Below are positions 48,369 through 58,904 of a stretch of 64,000 bases of DNA, piece by piece (the stretch's first letter is position 1; the number at the start of each line of letters is the position of its first letter). The stretch lies in NCBI GenBank assembly GCA_030615605.1, contig JAUWYY010000005.1, positions 119,067 through 183,066 on the forward strand, given 5' to 3'. Made by a program: the position numbers and the translations under genes. Under the pieces are notes generated by a model. That model had not been told where the DNA came from and did not search any database. It saw only the letters and a list, made by a program, of their open reading frames with translations. This DNA comes from a bacterium (GTDB taxonomy: Bacteria > Armatimonadota > Zipacnadia > Zipacnadales > Zipacnadaceae).

Positions 48369-48428
48369 TTGACGAGTCTTAGTCGCTAGTTTAGAATGGG
48401 GTGTAAGGAACCTTAGTCGCTAGTTTAG
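48369..48428 (+). promoter_or_regulatory. Sigma70-like promoter overlapped by a 17-bp direct repeat
   Basis: TTGACG-17-TAGAAT; CTTAGTCGCTAGTTTAG at 48378 and 48412. Confidence 0.65.
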
Positions 48429-48444
48429 CAGGAAGTGTGGGAAA

Positions 48445-49848
48445 ATGAGAACAAGCGAACATGTAACAAGGCCTAGGCCCAAGATAGCCATTGTTATTCT
48501 GGTGGTGGCTGTTGTGTTGTTGGCTGTCTGGTTTGCTATGCGGCTTGTTTCGCTGCGCGCTGAGTCGGCTCCCGGAATAAGCGGGTATGTTGAGCGGGCG
48601 ATTCTCGCTGAAGACTGGACAAAAGTCACAGATCTGCTAGGAACCGTCGATGGAGGAACGGTGTCCTGCGTACCCCGCTTGGTCAAGGCACATGCGTGTC
48701 TCGCCCTGAATCGAAATAATGAGTCGCTCTGTCTTTTCCTGAGCGTCTCGTCGCAAGACGAGCTGAGCGAGTGGAAAAGGTGGACCCAGAACTTTGCAGG
48801 AAGAAACCCGAAAAAGGCTATCGCCCAGTACTTCCGGGGGGATGGCCTGGCACGCCTAAAGCAATGGGACTCTGCCCTGGCGGCGTTCAACCAGGCATTG
48901 GACCCTAATTCGGCCCATGCGCTGGCCTTAAACAGCCGGGGTATTGTGTATGCCGCCAGAGAGCAGTGGAACGAGGCCCTGCTTGATTTCGTTGCTGCAG
49001 CGGAGGCCCAACCTTCCTTTGCTGACGCATACGCGAGCCGGGGTACCCTGAGTATTCAACGGCAGGAAGGCCCCACGGGGGCAGTGCGTGCCTTCAGTCG
49101 GGCCCTCGAGATCGAGCCAGACTTTGCCCTCGCGCGTGTTGGCCGCGCCGCAGTGGAGATGGTCCTGGGTAAGTGGGACGAGGCCGAAAAGGATCTCAAA
49201 CGGGCGCAGGAGTTGTGCAAAGCCGGCCTCGAAACTCTGCATAGGGCGACGTTACTCAACGCAGCCGCCCTCGCTGAGGCTAGATCAGAAGCGGCGAGAA
49301 GAGTACTCCTCGTGGCGACGCACGCGGACCCTGGCATGGGCCTTGACACTCTGATCGGCCGTTTCGACAACCTGTCTTCCAGGGAGCAGCAGGTAGTTGC
49401 TGGAGCAGTGCTGGACGCTGCCGCGCACAACGGAGCCGTGATGGACCTACTACCGGATGCAATCAGCTTGAATGTTGGCCCTATGGTCGGCGTCGGCCCC
49501 AGTGGCCCCATGGTAGGGATGGGGGTCGGTGGCAGCGTTGAGTTCAACCCGCGCGAGCGGACGCAGAACAATCTCGATTGGCAGCAGCCCCTCCTCGACC
49601 ATGCACTGCGCAAAGGCGTAGAGCCCGCGGACATGACCGGCTTGGGCGCGTGGGGGCGCTCACGTCCGGGGCATATAGCCCACGAATTCACCCACCCGCA
49701 GCCAGGCGGAGTGTCTTCCGAGGAGTTCGCCTATGCACCCCTTGACACCGGTGAGTGGAATGCTTACTCGCTTTACGGCCTTGCCTATAACTTCAGAGAA
49801 GGAAACGCTCAGGCAGCGCAACAGCCCAAGCTGGAGGAGGCGGAGTGA
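48445..49848 (+). CDS. Membrane-anchored TPR protein
   Basis: N-terminal TM; canonical TPRs (ALNSRGIVY, AYASRG). Confidence 0.85.
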   Translation: MRTSEHVTRPRPKIAIVILVVAVVLLAVWFAMRLVSLRAESAPGISGYVERAILAEDWTKVTDLLGTVDGGTVSCVPRLVKAHACLALNRNNESLCLFLSVSSQDELSEWKRWTQNFAGRNPKKAIAQYFRGDGLARLKQWDSALAAFNQALDPNSAHALALNSRGIVYAAREQWNEALLDFVAAAEAQPSFADAYASRGTLSIQRQEGPTGAVRAFSRALEIEPDFALARVGRAAVEMVLGKWDEAEKDLKRAQELCKAGLETLHRATLLNAAALAEARSEAARRVLLVATHADPGMGLDTLIGRFDNLSSREQQVVAGAVLDAAAHNGAVMDLLPDAISLNVGPMVGVGPSGPMVGMGVGGSVEFNPRERTQNNLDWQQPLLDHALRKGVEPADMTGLGAWGRSRPGHIAHEFTHPQPGGVSSEEFAYAPLDTGEWNAYSLYGLAYNFREGNAQAAQQPKLEEAE

Positions 49849-52800
49849 TGATGGGTGCGCGGGTCCGCTGGATTATTCTCGTGTCGCTCGCAATGCTTGT
49901 TGCAGGGGCTGGCCCCAGCCAGGCCGGTCCATTCGTGGCGTACTCTTTGAGAGAAGCCGAACAACACGCTAAATCCGCTCAGCCCGGCCCCAAGGCCAGG
50001 CTCATGGCAGGTATGACCCGTATCGTCGGTGGGGTGTATGACAGGGCCAACAGCGACCTGATAGTCGTGGGCCAGGGTAATCCAGGGGAGCAAAAGATAA
50101 CTCTCGACCATCTAGTCGTGGCTCTTCGTTCCCTTCTGGTGCACCACGAATGGCCCTTGGTGAGCATTGACAATAGCCCCCAAACTCGTCGTACGCACAA
50201 GCAAATCGTTCGCTTCAACGGAGGTATAGAGAATACAGCCTTCGGTAAAGACCTTCTCGAGGCTGATATCATACTGAAGAAGCTGGGGCTCGGCTTGCTT
50301 CCCACTGAACCCGTTGGCATCCGCAGCTATTTCGATCTACGAGTTGACCAAGCCAAGGAAAACGCCGTTGTAGGCAGCATGGCCAGTCGCTTCTGGTTCT
50401 ACCCTATGGACCCGGTTCTGGCGGTGCGCGAGGATGTGTTTGCGATTCAAGAGGTGCGCGTTGGAGTGCGCACTGAGGTACTTGGCGCGCGCTTTGAGGG
50501 CAAGTCCATAGCGGACTTGGCCAAAGTCCACGACAAGATGGGCGACTGTTTCGCTGCGTCTCTGACGGAAAACTACAATCTTGTGAGTGCCGGGTATCCA
50601 GAAATCAATCGCCTCCGGGTGCTCCTCGATCTGGCAGCGCTGAGCTGGGGTGTCAACCGTTTACCGGCGAAGCCCGATTTGAGGTACTGGCTGCGTGACT
50701 ACGACGTCAGGTATGTAGAGACTCCCGCCGACTATCCGGTCCTGAAACGCGAGTCGAAAATCAGCGGGGGAAGGGGCACTTACGTGCTGCAAATGTCTGG
50801 GGGTGTAGAATTGAAGGCGTTGGTGTTGAGGCTGGAGGACGGCGATGTGACAGCCCTCAAAGAAGCGGTTCTGAAATCGCGGCCCGGCCCCCACGCCCTG
50901 GCCTGGCGAGTTCCCCTCGAAGGCTGGCACATTCCCGGTTCGCCAAAGGCGGGCAGGGAAGCCGCAGAGAATTCCATTATCAACGATCCAATGCTGCCGC
51001 ATCAGAACATGGGGTGTTCCATCATGAGCGGTCTGAGGCGTGCTGATGTACCTGCACTCAACGATCATTTCACTGCTGCCGCCATGCCTGGAATAGGCAA
51101 GTCGTTGCCGACGCGTCTTCCAGAGTTTTCCACGCGCACAACGTTGCTACCCTCAACCTCCAGCCCGGTAACCTCCGGTCCACGTTTGACCTTCGAGCCG
51201 GTTCCTGGCGGAGGGCTGGAGCCACGCTTGCTACCAGCCGGTATTGAGCCTGACTCTCTCACACCTCCCTCAGCACCGTTCAAGGCTGCTGACGTCGGCG
51301 GGATCCTACTGCGCGCCGATCCCAAGGCCGAGCTCAGCGAAATCCGTGGCGCGGTGTGGGACGACAAGGGCCATCAGCTAAGCCTGGTGCTATCCTCGGG
51401 TACCAGCAGTGTCCCGATCGAACTGGTAGACGATTGGCGTGCCATACTGCTGTCGGTCTACGGCGGCGAGGACCCGGGTATCTCCATTGACCCCGGCCCA
51501 ACGCGCAACGTGATGCTGGTGCGCACCATTGGCAGGGTCCGGGGCACTCGCCTGGCCAAGGTTATGCTGGAAGCTGACCGGCTCCTGAAGAACTATTCGC
51601 TGGGCCGCGATAACCGCACCGGGGAGCCGATGAACCCTGACATCCCTGGCTACAATCCACTCGTAGACATTATCTGGGAGACCGGACTGCGCTACAATGG
51701 GGCTCTTACGCGCACATGGTTCGTGCCGCGCCCGGTCCCCATCAGCGAGGCGAGAGGGCGGTTATGCTTTGGGGAAGTGCAGATTGAGGCGCGCACCGAG
51801 TACGACATGGAGGGGCTGCGTGGGGAGCGCGAGCCCGCTGCCAAGCGCTATGCGCAGTTTTTCACCGACAACTACGAGCAGTTTGCAGAGCTCCATGCAG
51901 AGCTTGGGCAGCTCAAGGAATACGCTAAGTTAGTCGCTTTGGCCAAGTATCTACGCCAGGAGGCCGTGCCCCTGAACTGGTTGATTTTTGCCCTACCCTG
52001 CCGCCAGCAACCGATAGAGTGTCCGCCTACCGAGATGGGCTATACGATAGGCGCGGAGGAGACAGGTGGCTTACAAATCTGGGGCGGAGTGCAACTAGGA
52101 ACAGGCGTGGAGACGCAATACGATCTTTCCGCCATGCCTGCTGCCACCCTTGATCTACTGGCTCTGGAAGCCTACGCGGCGGCTCAGCTGAGGCAGATCG
52201 ACGGCGTCATCGAACCTGGGCAGCTGCCCGCCCTCCAGGCTGAGCTGGAGAACCAGCCTCAGACTGTGCTTAGTTTTCCCGCTCGCGTGCGTACCACGAC
52301 GGGACGTTGTGTGGACATATACAACGACGCCGTCGTGCGAGACCAACACGGGCCAATTCTGCAGCTCACTCGCGTTCAGGGCACGTACGGAGGCGAGGAG
52401 TTCGGGCGTGGCTGGAGCTTGTTCGTGCCGTATAGCTTGAGGCCGTCAACTCGTACAACGACCGTCGGTCAACACTCAGTCCCGCGCCGCATAACTATAG
52501 AAGACCAGCTCAGCGGGTGCTCATTTGTTCTCGAAGTTACCCGGGACAAGGACGGTACCATAAGCTACCGCTCAGATGATTGCTGGTGGATACGGGGGGT
52601 TTATCCACGGACAGGGACAGATGGCGGGTGGGTAATGGAAGACTACTGGGGCGACATATTCAGCTTTGACAAGCACCTGCATCTGGTACTAGTCGACCTT
52701 GGACGAGATAACCGCTGGGCATACGAGTGGAGCGATGAAGGCAGAATCGTGAGTATCTGCGCACTACCGTATTCGATCACTCTGGGACCGCCTGAGCACG

Positions 52801-53387
52801 ATACCCCGCTCGGACTGGTCCCTCATAACATTGCTGTTGAAGACCGGGCGGGGCGTCACATTCTGTCGTACGAAGCTGTCAAGGGAACCGCAGTCAGCTA
52901 CAGCGCAACTCAGGGGCCATGGCGGGTCTTTGTCATGACTGAGGGACAGCCTCTGCGTCTCATAGACGCCGCCGGGCGCACACTGGTCTACGACGCTAGC
53001 GGCGTTCTCCTGTGCGTTGAGCGCCAGCCCGTCCCTGCCCCAGGCGCCATGGGCTATTGGGCAATAGACCTCAAGTATGGCAATCAGGGTTACGTTGTGG
53101 CTGCAGAGTTGGCCGGGGCCGGGGACGTCTACTATGCCTACAACGACAAAGGCGAGCTCCAGGTGGCTGTAGATCCACGCGGCTGGCCGGTATACTCCTC
53201 ACCAACTCCAGCGCCGCAAGCCGGTCCACATGTTGCCTGGCCGCTCGCGGTTGCCTTGGTCGTGGTCGTGATGGGTATCACGTGGTATCGTCGGCATCGG
53301 GGCGCTGGAATCACAGGCGCTCGAAAACCAGCGATGCACGCCGGCAGAGATGCCGAGCCAGACAAAGGTTCCCCTGGGGCCCGATGA
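49845..53387 (+). CDS. Large exported protein with two DUF1598-like domains, a YD/RHS-like region and a C-terminal TM
   Basis: Signal peptide; VSID..LLEADIILK..SRFWF and ISID..MLEADRLLK..TRTWF; FGRGW; YYAYNDKGEL. Confidence 0.75.
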   Translation: MMMGARVRWIILVSLAMLVAGAGPSQAGPFVAYSLREAEQHAKSAQPGPKARLMAGMTRIVGGVYDRANSDLIVVGQGNPGEQKITLDHLVVALRSLLVHHEWPLVSIDNSPQTRRTHKQIVRFNGGIENTAFGKDLLEADIILKKLGLGLLPTEPVGIRSYFDLRVDQAKENAVVGSMASRFWFYPMDPVLAVREDVFAIQEVRVGVRTEVLGARFEGKSIADLAKVHDKMGDCFAASLTENYNLVSAGYPEINRLRVLLDLAALSWGVNRLPAKPDLRYWLRDYDVRYVETPADYPVLKRESKISGGRGTYVLQMSGGVELKALVLRLEDGDVTALKEAVLKSRPGPHALAWRVPLEGWHIPGSPKAGREAAENSIINDPMLPHQNMGCSIMSGLRRADVPALNDHFTAAAMPGIGKSLPTRLPEFSTRTTLLPSTSSPVTSGPRLTFEPVPGGGLEPRLLPAGIEPDSLTPPSAPFKAADVGGILLRADPKAELSEIRGAVWDDKGHQLSLVLSSGTSSVPIELVDDWRAILLSVYGGEDPGISIDPGPTRNVMLVRTIGRVRGTRLAKVMLEADRLLKNYSLGRDNRTGEPMNPDIPGYNPLVDIIWETGLRYNGALTRTWFVPRPVPISEARGRLCFGEVQIEARTEYDMEGLRGEREPAAKRYAQFFTDNYEQFAELHAELGQLKEYAKLVALAKYLRQEAVPLNWLIFALPCRQQPIECPPTEMGYTIGAEETGGLQIWGGVQLGTGVETQYDLSAMPAATLDLLALEAYAAAQLRQIDGVIEPGQLPALQAELENQPQTVLSFPARVRTTTGRCVDIYNDAVVRDQHGPILQLTRVQGTYGGEEFGRGWSLFVPYSLRPSTRTTTVGQHSVPRRITIEDQLSGCSFVLEVTRDKDGTISYRSDDCWWIRGVYPRTGTDGGWVMEDYWGDIFSFDKHLHLVLVDLGRDNRWAYEWSDEGRIVSICALPYSITLGPPEHDTPLGLVPHNIAVEDRAGRHILSYEAVKGTAVSYSATQGPWRVFVMTEGQPLRLIDAAGRTLVYDASGVLLCVERQPVPAPGAMGYWAIDLKYGNQGYVVAAELAGAGDVYYAYNDKGELQVAVDPRGWPVYSSPTPAPQAGPHVAWPLAVALVVVVMGITWYRRHRGAGITGARKPAMHAGRDAEPDKGSPGAR

Positions 53388-53399
53388 ATGCAGTCTTGG

Positions 53400-53786
53400 G
53401 CTCCAGGCTCCGCTACGCCGCACCTGGCGCCCCGGGCATAGGCAGCCCCGGGCAGGACGGCCTCCGGCGCCTGTGGTCGGTAGCCGAGTGAACTGTGTGG
53501 TCGCACCGTATTATAGTGCCTTCGCCAGCGTTCGATGAGCACCTGCGCCTCTTTGAGTGTGTAGAAAATCTCCCCATCGAGCAACTCGTCCCGCAGCTTG
53601 CCATTGAACGATTCAATGTAACCATTTTGCCACGGGCTGCCCGGTTCAATATACAGCGTTCTCACGTTCAGTTGGCGCAACCATTCGCGCACATTCTTCG
53701 CCGTGAACTCCGAACCGTTATCGGACCGCAGGTAGTACGGCGCACCGCGCTGAGTGAACAGCTGCGTCAGCCGATCCAGCACGTCC
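53400..53786 (-). mobile_element. IS3-family (IS407-group-like) orfB 3' fragment
   Basis: SDNGSEF, PGSPWQNGYIESFNGKLRDE, YNTVRPHSSLGY. Confidence 0.9.
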
Positions 53787-53953
53787 TATTGAATCAACCT
53801 CTGCAACTAACGAGAATGTCTGAAAGCATAGCAGACAACGCCATGGGCCGCCCGCTTGCTGTATCGCTTTGACCGCGTGGTATTTGAGACAGTCGGACTG
53901 AGACTTGCGCTACGGATACTGATGTGTGGAAACTACATCACAAGCACGGGCCA

Positions 53954-54499
53954 TCACGAGTTAGCTTCGGCAGCCGCTATCCAAGAGCCGATGATTGCGC
54001 CGATCACCAGTCCAGCGAAGGTCAGCTCAACTAGGGGCCAGTCAATGACCTGGAAGTAGCAAAGTGCCAGCCCTATCAGGCCGCCTATAGCCCCGGAAAC
54101 GTAAACTGCAAAGACTGGGGGTGGTGTGAAAACTGGTGCGCGATATGAGGGAATCCCGAGGGGATACCGGTCGAAGCTGGGGTAGTCCGGCAAGTGACTG
54201 CGTGTGCGATACGGCTCTTCAAACAGTTCTTCTCTTACCTGATCCGAGGTGGGGTTCACGAGCCTTGCAAGCTCGTTCAGCGGGGGCAAGGATTCGATCC
54301 AGTCACGAACGTCTGCAGCAGCAAACCACTGTTGGGGGGCCTGCGACCACGAGATCCTCTTTAACAGCGTGATGTAGGCGGAGTACAGCTTGGGCTCGGA
54401 AACATCCGCAAGCGCGTTCTCCACGGCGCCTCGGCCGAGGTGAGGCGCAATCTTGACCACTTGATCAACGACCATTGCCAAGATGTTGCCGCTTAGCAT
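53954..54499 (-). CDS. Hypothetical protein with two C-terminal TM helices
   Basis: 181 aa; last gene of the minus-strand operon. Confidence 0.6.
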   Translation of the reverse strand: MLSGNILAMVVDQVVKIAPHLGRGAVENALADVSEPKLYSAYITLLKRISWSQAPQQWFAAADVRDWIESLPPLNELARLVNPTSDQVREELFEEPYRTRSHLPDYPSFDRYPLGIPSYRAPVFTPPPVFAVYVSGAIGGLIGLALCYFQVIDWPLVELTFAGLVIGAIIGSWIAAAEANS

Positions 54500-54566
54500 G
54501 CTTCTCAGCTCCCATGCTCGCCTGATAAGCCCTCACTCTGCCCATTCTCGCCTCTTTGCCAGTGTC

Positions 54567-56621
54567 TTAGGTATGGCGCCAAGATCCCAGGTAGACATAA
54601 CCGGTCATTACCCCCCAAGCGATGGCAAATGCCGGTAGCCAGGCAGTTGGTGAAGCGATCCAAGCGATGGCCCCGATAGCTGCTGGTATCTCGGTGGCCC
54701 CAACCAAGAACTGTAGAATGTGGAATGGGTGTATGTCCATGGATTCGACCATCGCCGCTGCCAGACTGGGTGTAGCGGCCTTGATGACAAAGACTATTGA
54801 CACAGCCCATAAGAGTAGCGTGTAGATATCTTCGGTGCTTCCCTTTGACATCCTCATCTCGCAGCATGCGTAGGCCAGAGGGACAGTAATCAGTGCTGCG
54901 AGGGCTACATTGCCCACGATTGTGGAGAAAAATGCCACCGTGGCACGTTCCTCCTCATCATCTGTCCGTAGCATTCGAATGAATAGTTCGTACCAAAGCC
55001 GTCCGATAGCCAGAGCGATTATCATCATCCCTCCCGGCGCGAAAACTTCGTGCCAATCGATGTCGTAGTAAAGCAGGAGTAGTCCTGCGCCGAAAACTAC
55101 AGCCACTATTGATTGGGCGGCCGCGCCAATATGCGCGATTGCCGCCGCGATGTTCACGGGCTGTGACTGAGCGGCTGCGATAAGTGTTACGAGCCTGGTG
55201 AAACCCCAATGGACAGCCAGCAAGATTAACGCTCCGTATCCGCCGATCCATACGACACTAGCGATGGTCAAGCGCTCCGGTTCGAGGCCATAGTCATAGT
55301 AGGCGAGAGCTGCCATCACCAAGGTCCCGAGCGCCGCGTGGCCAAACAGAGTCGCTAAGAAACCCAAGAACGCTTCACTGTGATCAACATGCTCGGTCTG
55401 TGTTGCAGGTTGCTCTGCGGCGTCACCGTTTCCGTTTGCCGAGCGAGCCTTGTACATGGCACTGAGACATGTACGCCACAGCACGGCAAGCCCGGCCACG
55501 ATACTGACGAAGAGCACGTCTAGAGGGAAGGGCAACGCTCCCTCAGACGCGGGCTCCCTGTCAAACCATACGAGGAGGGATAACCCCAGAACCGCGCACA
55601 GGAGGGCTCCGGTAGTTTCGCGCCGGTCTGGAAAAAGCATGATGACTGCGCCCGCCGGCACCAGCGGGTTGAAGAGTCGACTGATGATACCCAAGATGTA
55701 GGGCGAGACCACCAGCAGGAACCAGGCAAGGCCACCGCTGACCAGTAAGAGGTCCCAGCCCTGAAACCCGAAGGTCGCCGCCAGCGTCAGGACAAGCGAG
55801 TAAACTAGAGTTGTGCTGCCGGCCCACCTGGCAAAAGCAGCCGATCTCTCAGTGCTGGGAAAAGCAAAAAGAGTCCCGAACCAGTAGCGCAATAAGAATG
55901 GCAGCGGTACAAGCATGACCAGCCACTGCACTTCCACACCGACCTTGTCAAGTGCATTTGCTGCCAGTTCAATGGGCACGGCGAGGGCAAAGCAGCCAAT
56001 AGTCCCCTGTATCGTGGTCAGTAGAGCAGTGCCGATAGTAGGCCGGCGGAAAGAAGCGCGCACAAATCGACACTGACCGGCTATGGTCTCTTGGCTTTTT
56101 AGCAGCCACTGAGATCGGCAGCCTGATGGTATGAGGAACTCAACGTTGCGTCTTCCCACGCTGAGCGCTACGGTTCTGCTTGTGATTATTTCCCATCCGG
56201 GGAAGTCCATGTCCTGAACTCCCGCCACGGAACTCTGGCACCAGTTCAGGACGCGACGTCTCAATTCGGCTGGTTGAATGTCACGTTGTGCAGAGGCCTC
56301 GTCTTCGATGTGTCGCCATACATCTGCGCGGGGCAACAGGTCAAATATGAACGGTCCCCAGCGGGCCCGGACGTCTCGCAACAGCCGGTCCCGCACGCGG
56401 ACACAAGCCAGGTGCATTTGACGGTGTTGAAGGAGTTGATCGCGCGCGTGCACGACCTTTGGCTGTAGGTCAGGATAATCGGCAATCAGGTCAAGCGTCG
56501 CATCAATGATGCGGGGACCTTCCGCGCCAGGAGATACTCCCAAGGCTTGCAGGTAGTAGCCCTGGTCCAGGAGCGCGTTGACATCCTCCATTGTATTTGT
56601 CATCATTCTGTCATGAGCCAA
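54567..56621 (-). CDS. Polytopic membrane protein with degenerate N-terminal J-domain-like region
   Basis: YYLQALGV..YPD..HARDQL; more than 10 hydrophobic segments. Confidence 0.7.
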   Translation of the reverse strand: MAHDRMMTNTMEDVNALLDQGYYLQALGVSPGAEGPRIIDATLDLIADYPDLQPKVVHARDQLLQHRQMHLACVRVRDRLLRDVRARWGPFIFDLLPRADVWRHIEDEASAQRDIQPAELRRRVLNWCQSSVAGVQDMDFPGWEIITSRTVALSVGRRNVEFLIPSGCRSQWLLKSQETIAGQCRFVRASFRRPTIGTALLTTIQGTIGCFALAVPIELAANALDKVGVEVQWLVMLVPLPFLLRYWFGTLFAFPSTERSAAFARWAGSTTLVYSLVLTLAATFGFQGWDLLLVSGGLAWFLLVVSPYILGIISRLFNPLVPAGAVIMLFPDRRETTGALLCAVLGLSLLVWFDREPASEGALPFPLDVLFVSIVAGLAVLWRTCLSAMYKARSANGNGDAAEQPATQTEHVDHSEAFLGFLATLFGHAALGTLVMAALAYYDYGLEPERLTIASVVWIGGYGALILLAVHWGFTRLVTLIAAAQSQPVNIAAAIAHIGAAAQSIVAVVFGAGLLLLYYDIDWHEVFAPGGMMIIALAIGRLWYELFIRMLRTDDEEERATVAFFSTIVGNVALAALITVPLAYACCEMRMSKGSTEDIYTLLLWAVSIVFVIKAATPSLAAAMVESMDIHPFHILQFLVGATEIPAAIGAIAWIASPTAWLPAFAIAWGVMTGYVYLGSWRHT

Positions 56622-56645
56622 GATGCCTATACTACGTTCAACTGT

Positions 56646-58835
56646 TCAGATGCTTCTCAGCCTATTCACGATATCAGTGTATGCCTCATCTGTTAGGCAG
56701 TCTTGTTGCTTTGCGATGTGAGCGACACTGCTGGCCGCCTCAAACAGCCTGCGGTACGTGCCTTGGGGCACGACAGCACCCGCCGGAAAGGCAGCAAGTT
56801 CACGCCGTAGCCTGTCGTATGCCTGTCTGGCTGTCCCATTCATCTGGCCGATGGCGCCCTGTATATGCTGGTCCAGAGCGAGGGCTAGAGTGCGCAGTCT
56901 TTGGGCCCGCTCCTGCTCAACATCCTTGGGCCTCTCTTTTCGCCGTATCAGGTCTTCCTGTACCGCAGCCACGGCTTTGCCAACATCGCCATTGAACTGC
57001 TGGTCAGCGACCTGTTGAATCATCTGATAGTCATTCAGTTTCGAGGCTGCAGTGGGCTGCGAGAACTCGGTGCAGTTGGCATTCGCGACATCTTCCAACG
57101 TAAACGGATGATCCTCTGTCTGCCGGTCATTAATCTCGATGCTGGCGATGCCGTCCGCGTCGAATTTGAGCGTAAAATCCACAGCCGCAAGTTCGGGATC
57201 ATAATAGGGGGCGAAGACATATTCATCCAGACGCAGGAAACGTTCGCCTGAGGCACTGTCCGGGGTCTCTTCGCGTAGGTACAACCCGCACCGTTGGCCT
57301 TGCCCGGGACTGCCGACATAGCGAATGTCTTCGCTTGTTCCTGATGCGGGTAGGCCTCCGCCTTTGCGGATCAGTATGTCCCCCACGACTCCCTGCCAGG
57401 AATCATAATAGTAGATCCCGTAATCGAATGCCGGCTGGTCCATCCCCTCCTGCACTCTCACTGCACCGGGGACCTGTCCGATGGCAGCACAACTCGCCGC
57501 CCCGCGCGCAACCGCCTCCATCGGGTTTACAGGAAAGCCTTCTTCTTCGATCGCCTCTATCTGCTTGATGACAGATCTGTTATCGGCAAAAACACTACGC
57601 AACACCTGCCTTGCACACGGCATCCACATCGGCCCGCCGGTGAGTATGAGATAGTCTATGTCAGTCGCCTGGTAGCCGATTCGAGAAAAAGCAAAGTCTA
57701 TATGTGCTCGGAAGCGCTCAAGTATTGCTCTGTCTTCAGGACGCTTCTCCTGATACGCTTTCGCATCCCATTCGACGGTCGCCTCCCGCAGGCCCAGAAT
57801 TTCATCGAGGACAAGACAACTGCCGACTCCCTGTGGAACATTTCCCCGGTTCTGAGCCCCCCAAACGTGGACTGTCTCGCTACCATAGAGCGCCATGGTG
57901 TCAAATGCGGGCCGGCGGGAAAGTTGGACTTTGACTTCTTCCAATTGTGTGCGCCAATCTGCGAATGCCTCGCGGAATTCCCGATCAACTTGCTCGTGCT
58001 CTCCGCACAAGATCGCTTGTTGAGTCGTCCTAAGCTCCCCAAGTCCATACATATCAATTGCGGCGTCTAGCAGTGCAGTGTCAATGTCATTTCCGCCAAG
58101 ATTGACATCCCCGCGCGCCGGATCCGCAGCCATTATTTGAGGTACTCCGTCGCGGCCCTTGCGTAATCGGCATATCACAATATCCAGCGTCCCTGCGCCC
58201 CAGTCTATGACCATCACCCGCTCTGCATCCTCGGGGTCCAGTTCCAAACCGTACGCCAGTGCAGCCGCTTCTGGCTCCGTAATCAGTTTCGGGTCACAAT
58301 TAAAAACGCTGGAAGCTGCCTTTTTCAATGCTTCTATCTGACTGGAGCGAAAATATGCTGGGTGCGCAATGACAACACCGGTTATCGGTTGACCGTTCCG
58401 GTGTTGGTTTACCCCCGGGTTCTCGGCATCTTCCTTAATCCATCTGAGGATATCTGCAGTTACCTGTACCGGTGTGAGAGAGTTCTGTCCAATGCGAATG
58501 ACCGGGGCACCCTTTTCCGAGATCACCTGATATAGCAGGCGGTCGGTGGGGACTTCGTCGAAACCGCGGCCCAGCAGCGACTTGACGTCCCAGATGACCT
58601 GGGCAGGATTGATTGCCAGTTCATTCTTTGCCTCTTGCCCGACAGCCAACACCTGCTCGCCTGCCGCATCATACTTGACAAAAGAAGGGAAAACATCAGC
58701 TCTCTGAATGTCTCGGCCTTGACTATTCATCACCATTGCCGTGGAACCATCCGCAACCACAATGCCAGCGGCGGAATTGTAAGTCCCGAAATCAATTCCA
58801 ATACTCTGATTGATCGCTCTAAGCATGGAGACCAC
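56646..58835 (-). CDS. Divergent Hsp70-family protein
   Basis: GIDFGTYNS, PAYF, EPEAAALAYG, DWGAGTLD, LGGNDID, LTGG, EAVARGAA. Confidence 0.92.
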   Translation of the reverse strand: MVSMLRAINQSIGIDFGTYNSAAGIVVADGSTAMVMNSQGRDIQRADVFPSFVKYDAAGEQVLAVGQEAKNELAINPAQVIWDVKSLLGRGFDEVPTDRLLYQVISEKGAPVIRIGQNSLTPVQVTADILRWIKEDAENPGVNQHRNGQPITGVVIAHPAYFRSSQIEALKKAASSVFNCDPKLITEPEAAALAYGLELDPEDAERVMVIDWGAGTLDIVICRLRKGRDGVPQIMAADPARGDVNLGGNDIDTALLDAAIDMYGLGELRTTQQAILCGEHEQVDREFREAFADWRTQLEEVKVQLSRRPAFDTMALYGSETVHVWGAQNRGNVPQGVGSCLVLDEILGLREATVEWDAKAYQEKRPEDRAILERFRAHIDFAFSRIGYQATDIDYLILTGGPMWMPCARQVLRSVFADNRSVIKQIEAIEEEGFPVNPMEAVARGAASCAAIGQVPGAVRVQEGMDQPAFDYGIYYYDSWQGVVGDILIRKGGGLPASGTSEDIRYVGSPGQGQRCGLYLREETPDSASGERFLRLDEYVFAPYYDPELAAVDFTLKFDADGIASIEINDRQTEDHPFTLEDVANANCTEFSQPTAASKLNDYQMIQQVADQQFNGDVGKAVAAVQEDLIRRKERPKDVEQERAQRLRTLALALDQHIQGAIGQMNGTARQAYDRLRRELAAFPAGAVVPQGTYRRLFEAASSVAHIAKQQDCLTDEAYTDIVNRLRSI

Positions 58836-58904
58836 CTTAGGTGTCGATGAGCACTCTGGAAACCGGTGAAAAGTGCTTAACTTCAGTTCTAGCAGCGGCA
58901 GGTA

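Noticed and set aside
56646..58835. Housekeeping dnaK
   Set aside because: Divergent C-terminal half, no canonical dnaJ/grpE, island context; gene symbol withheld
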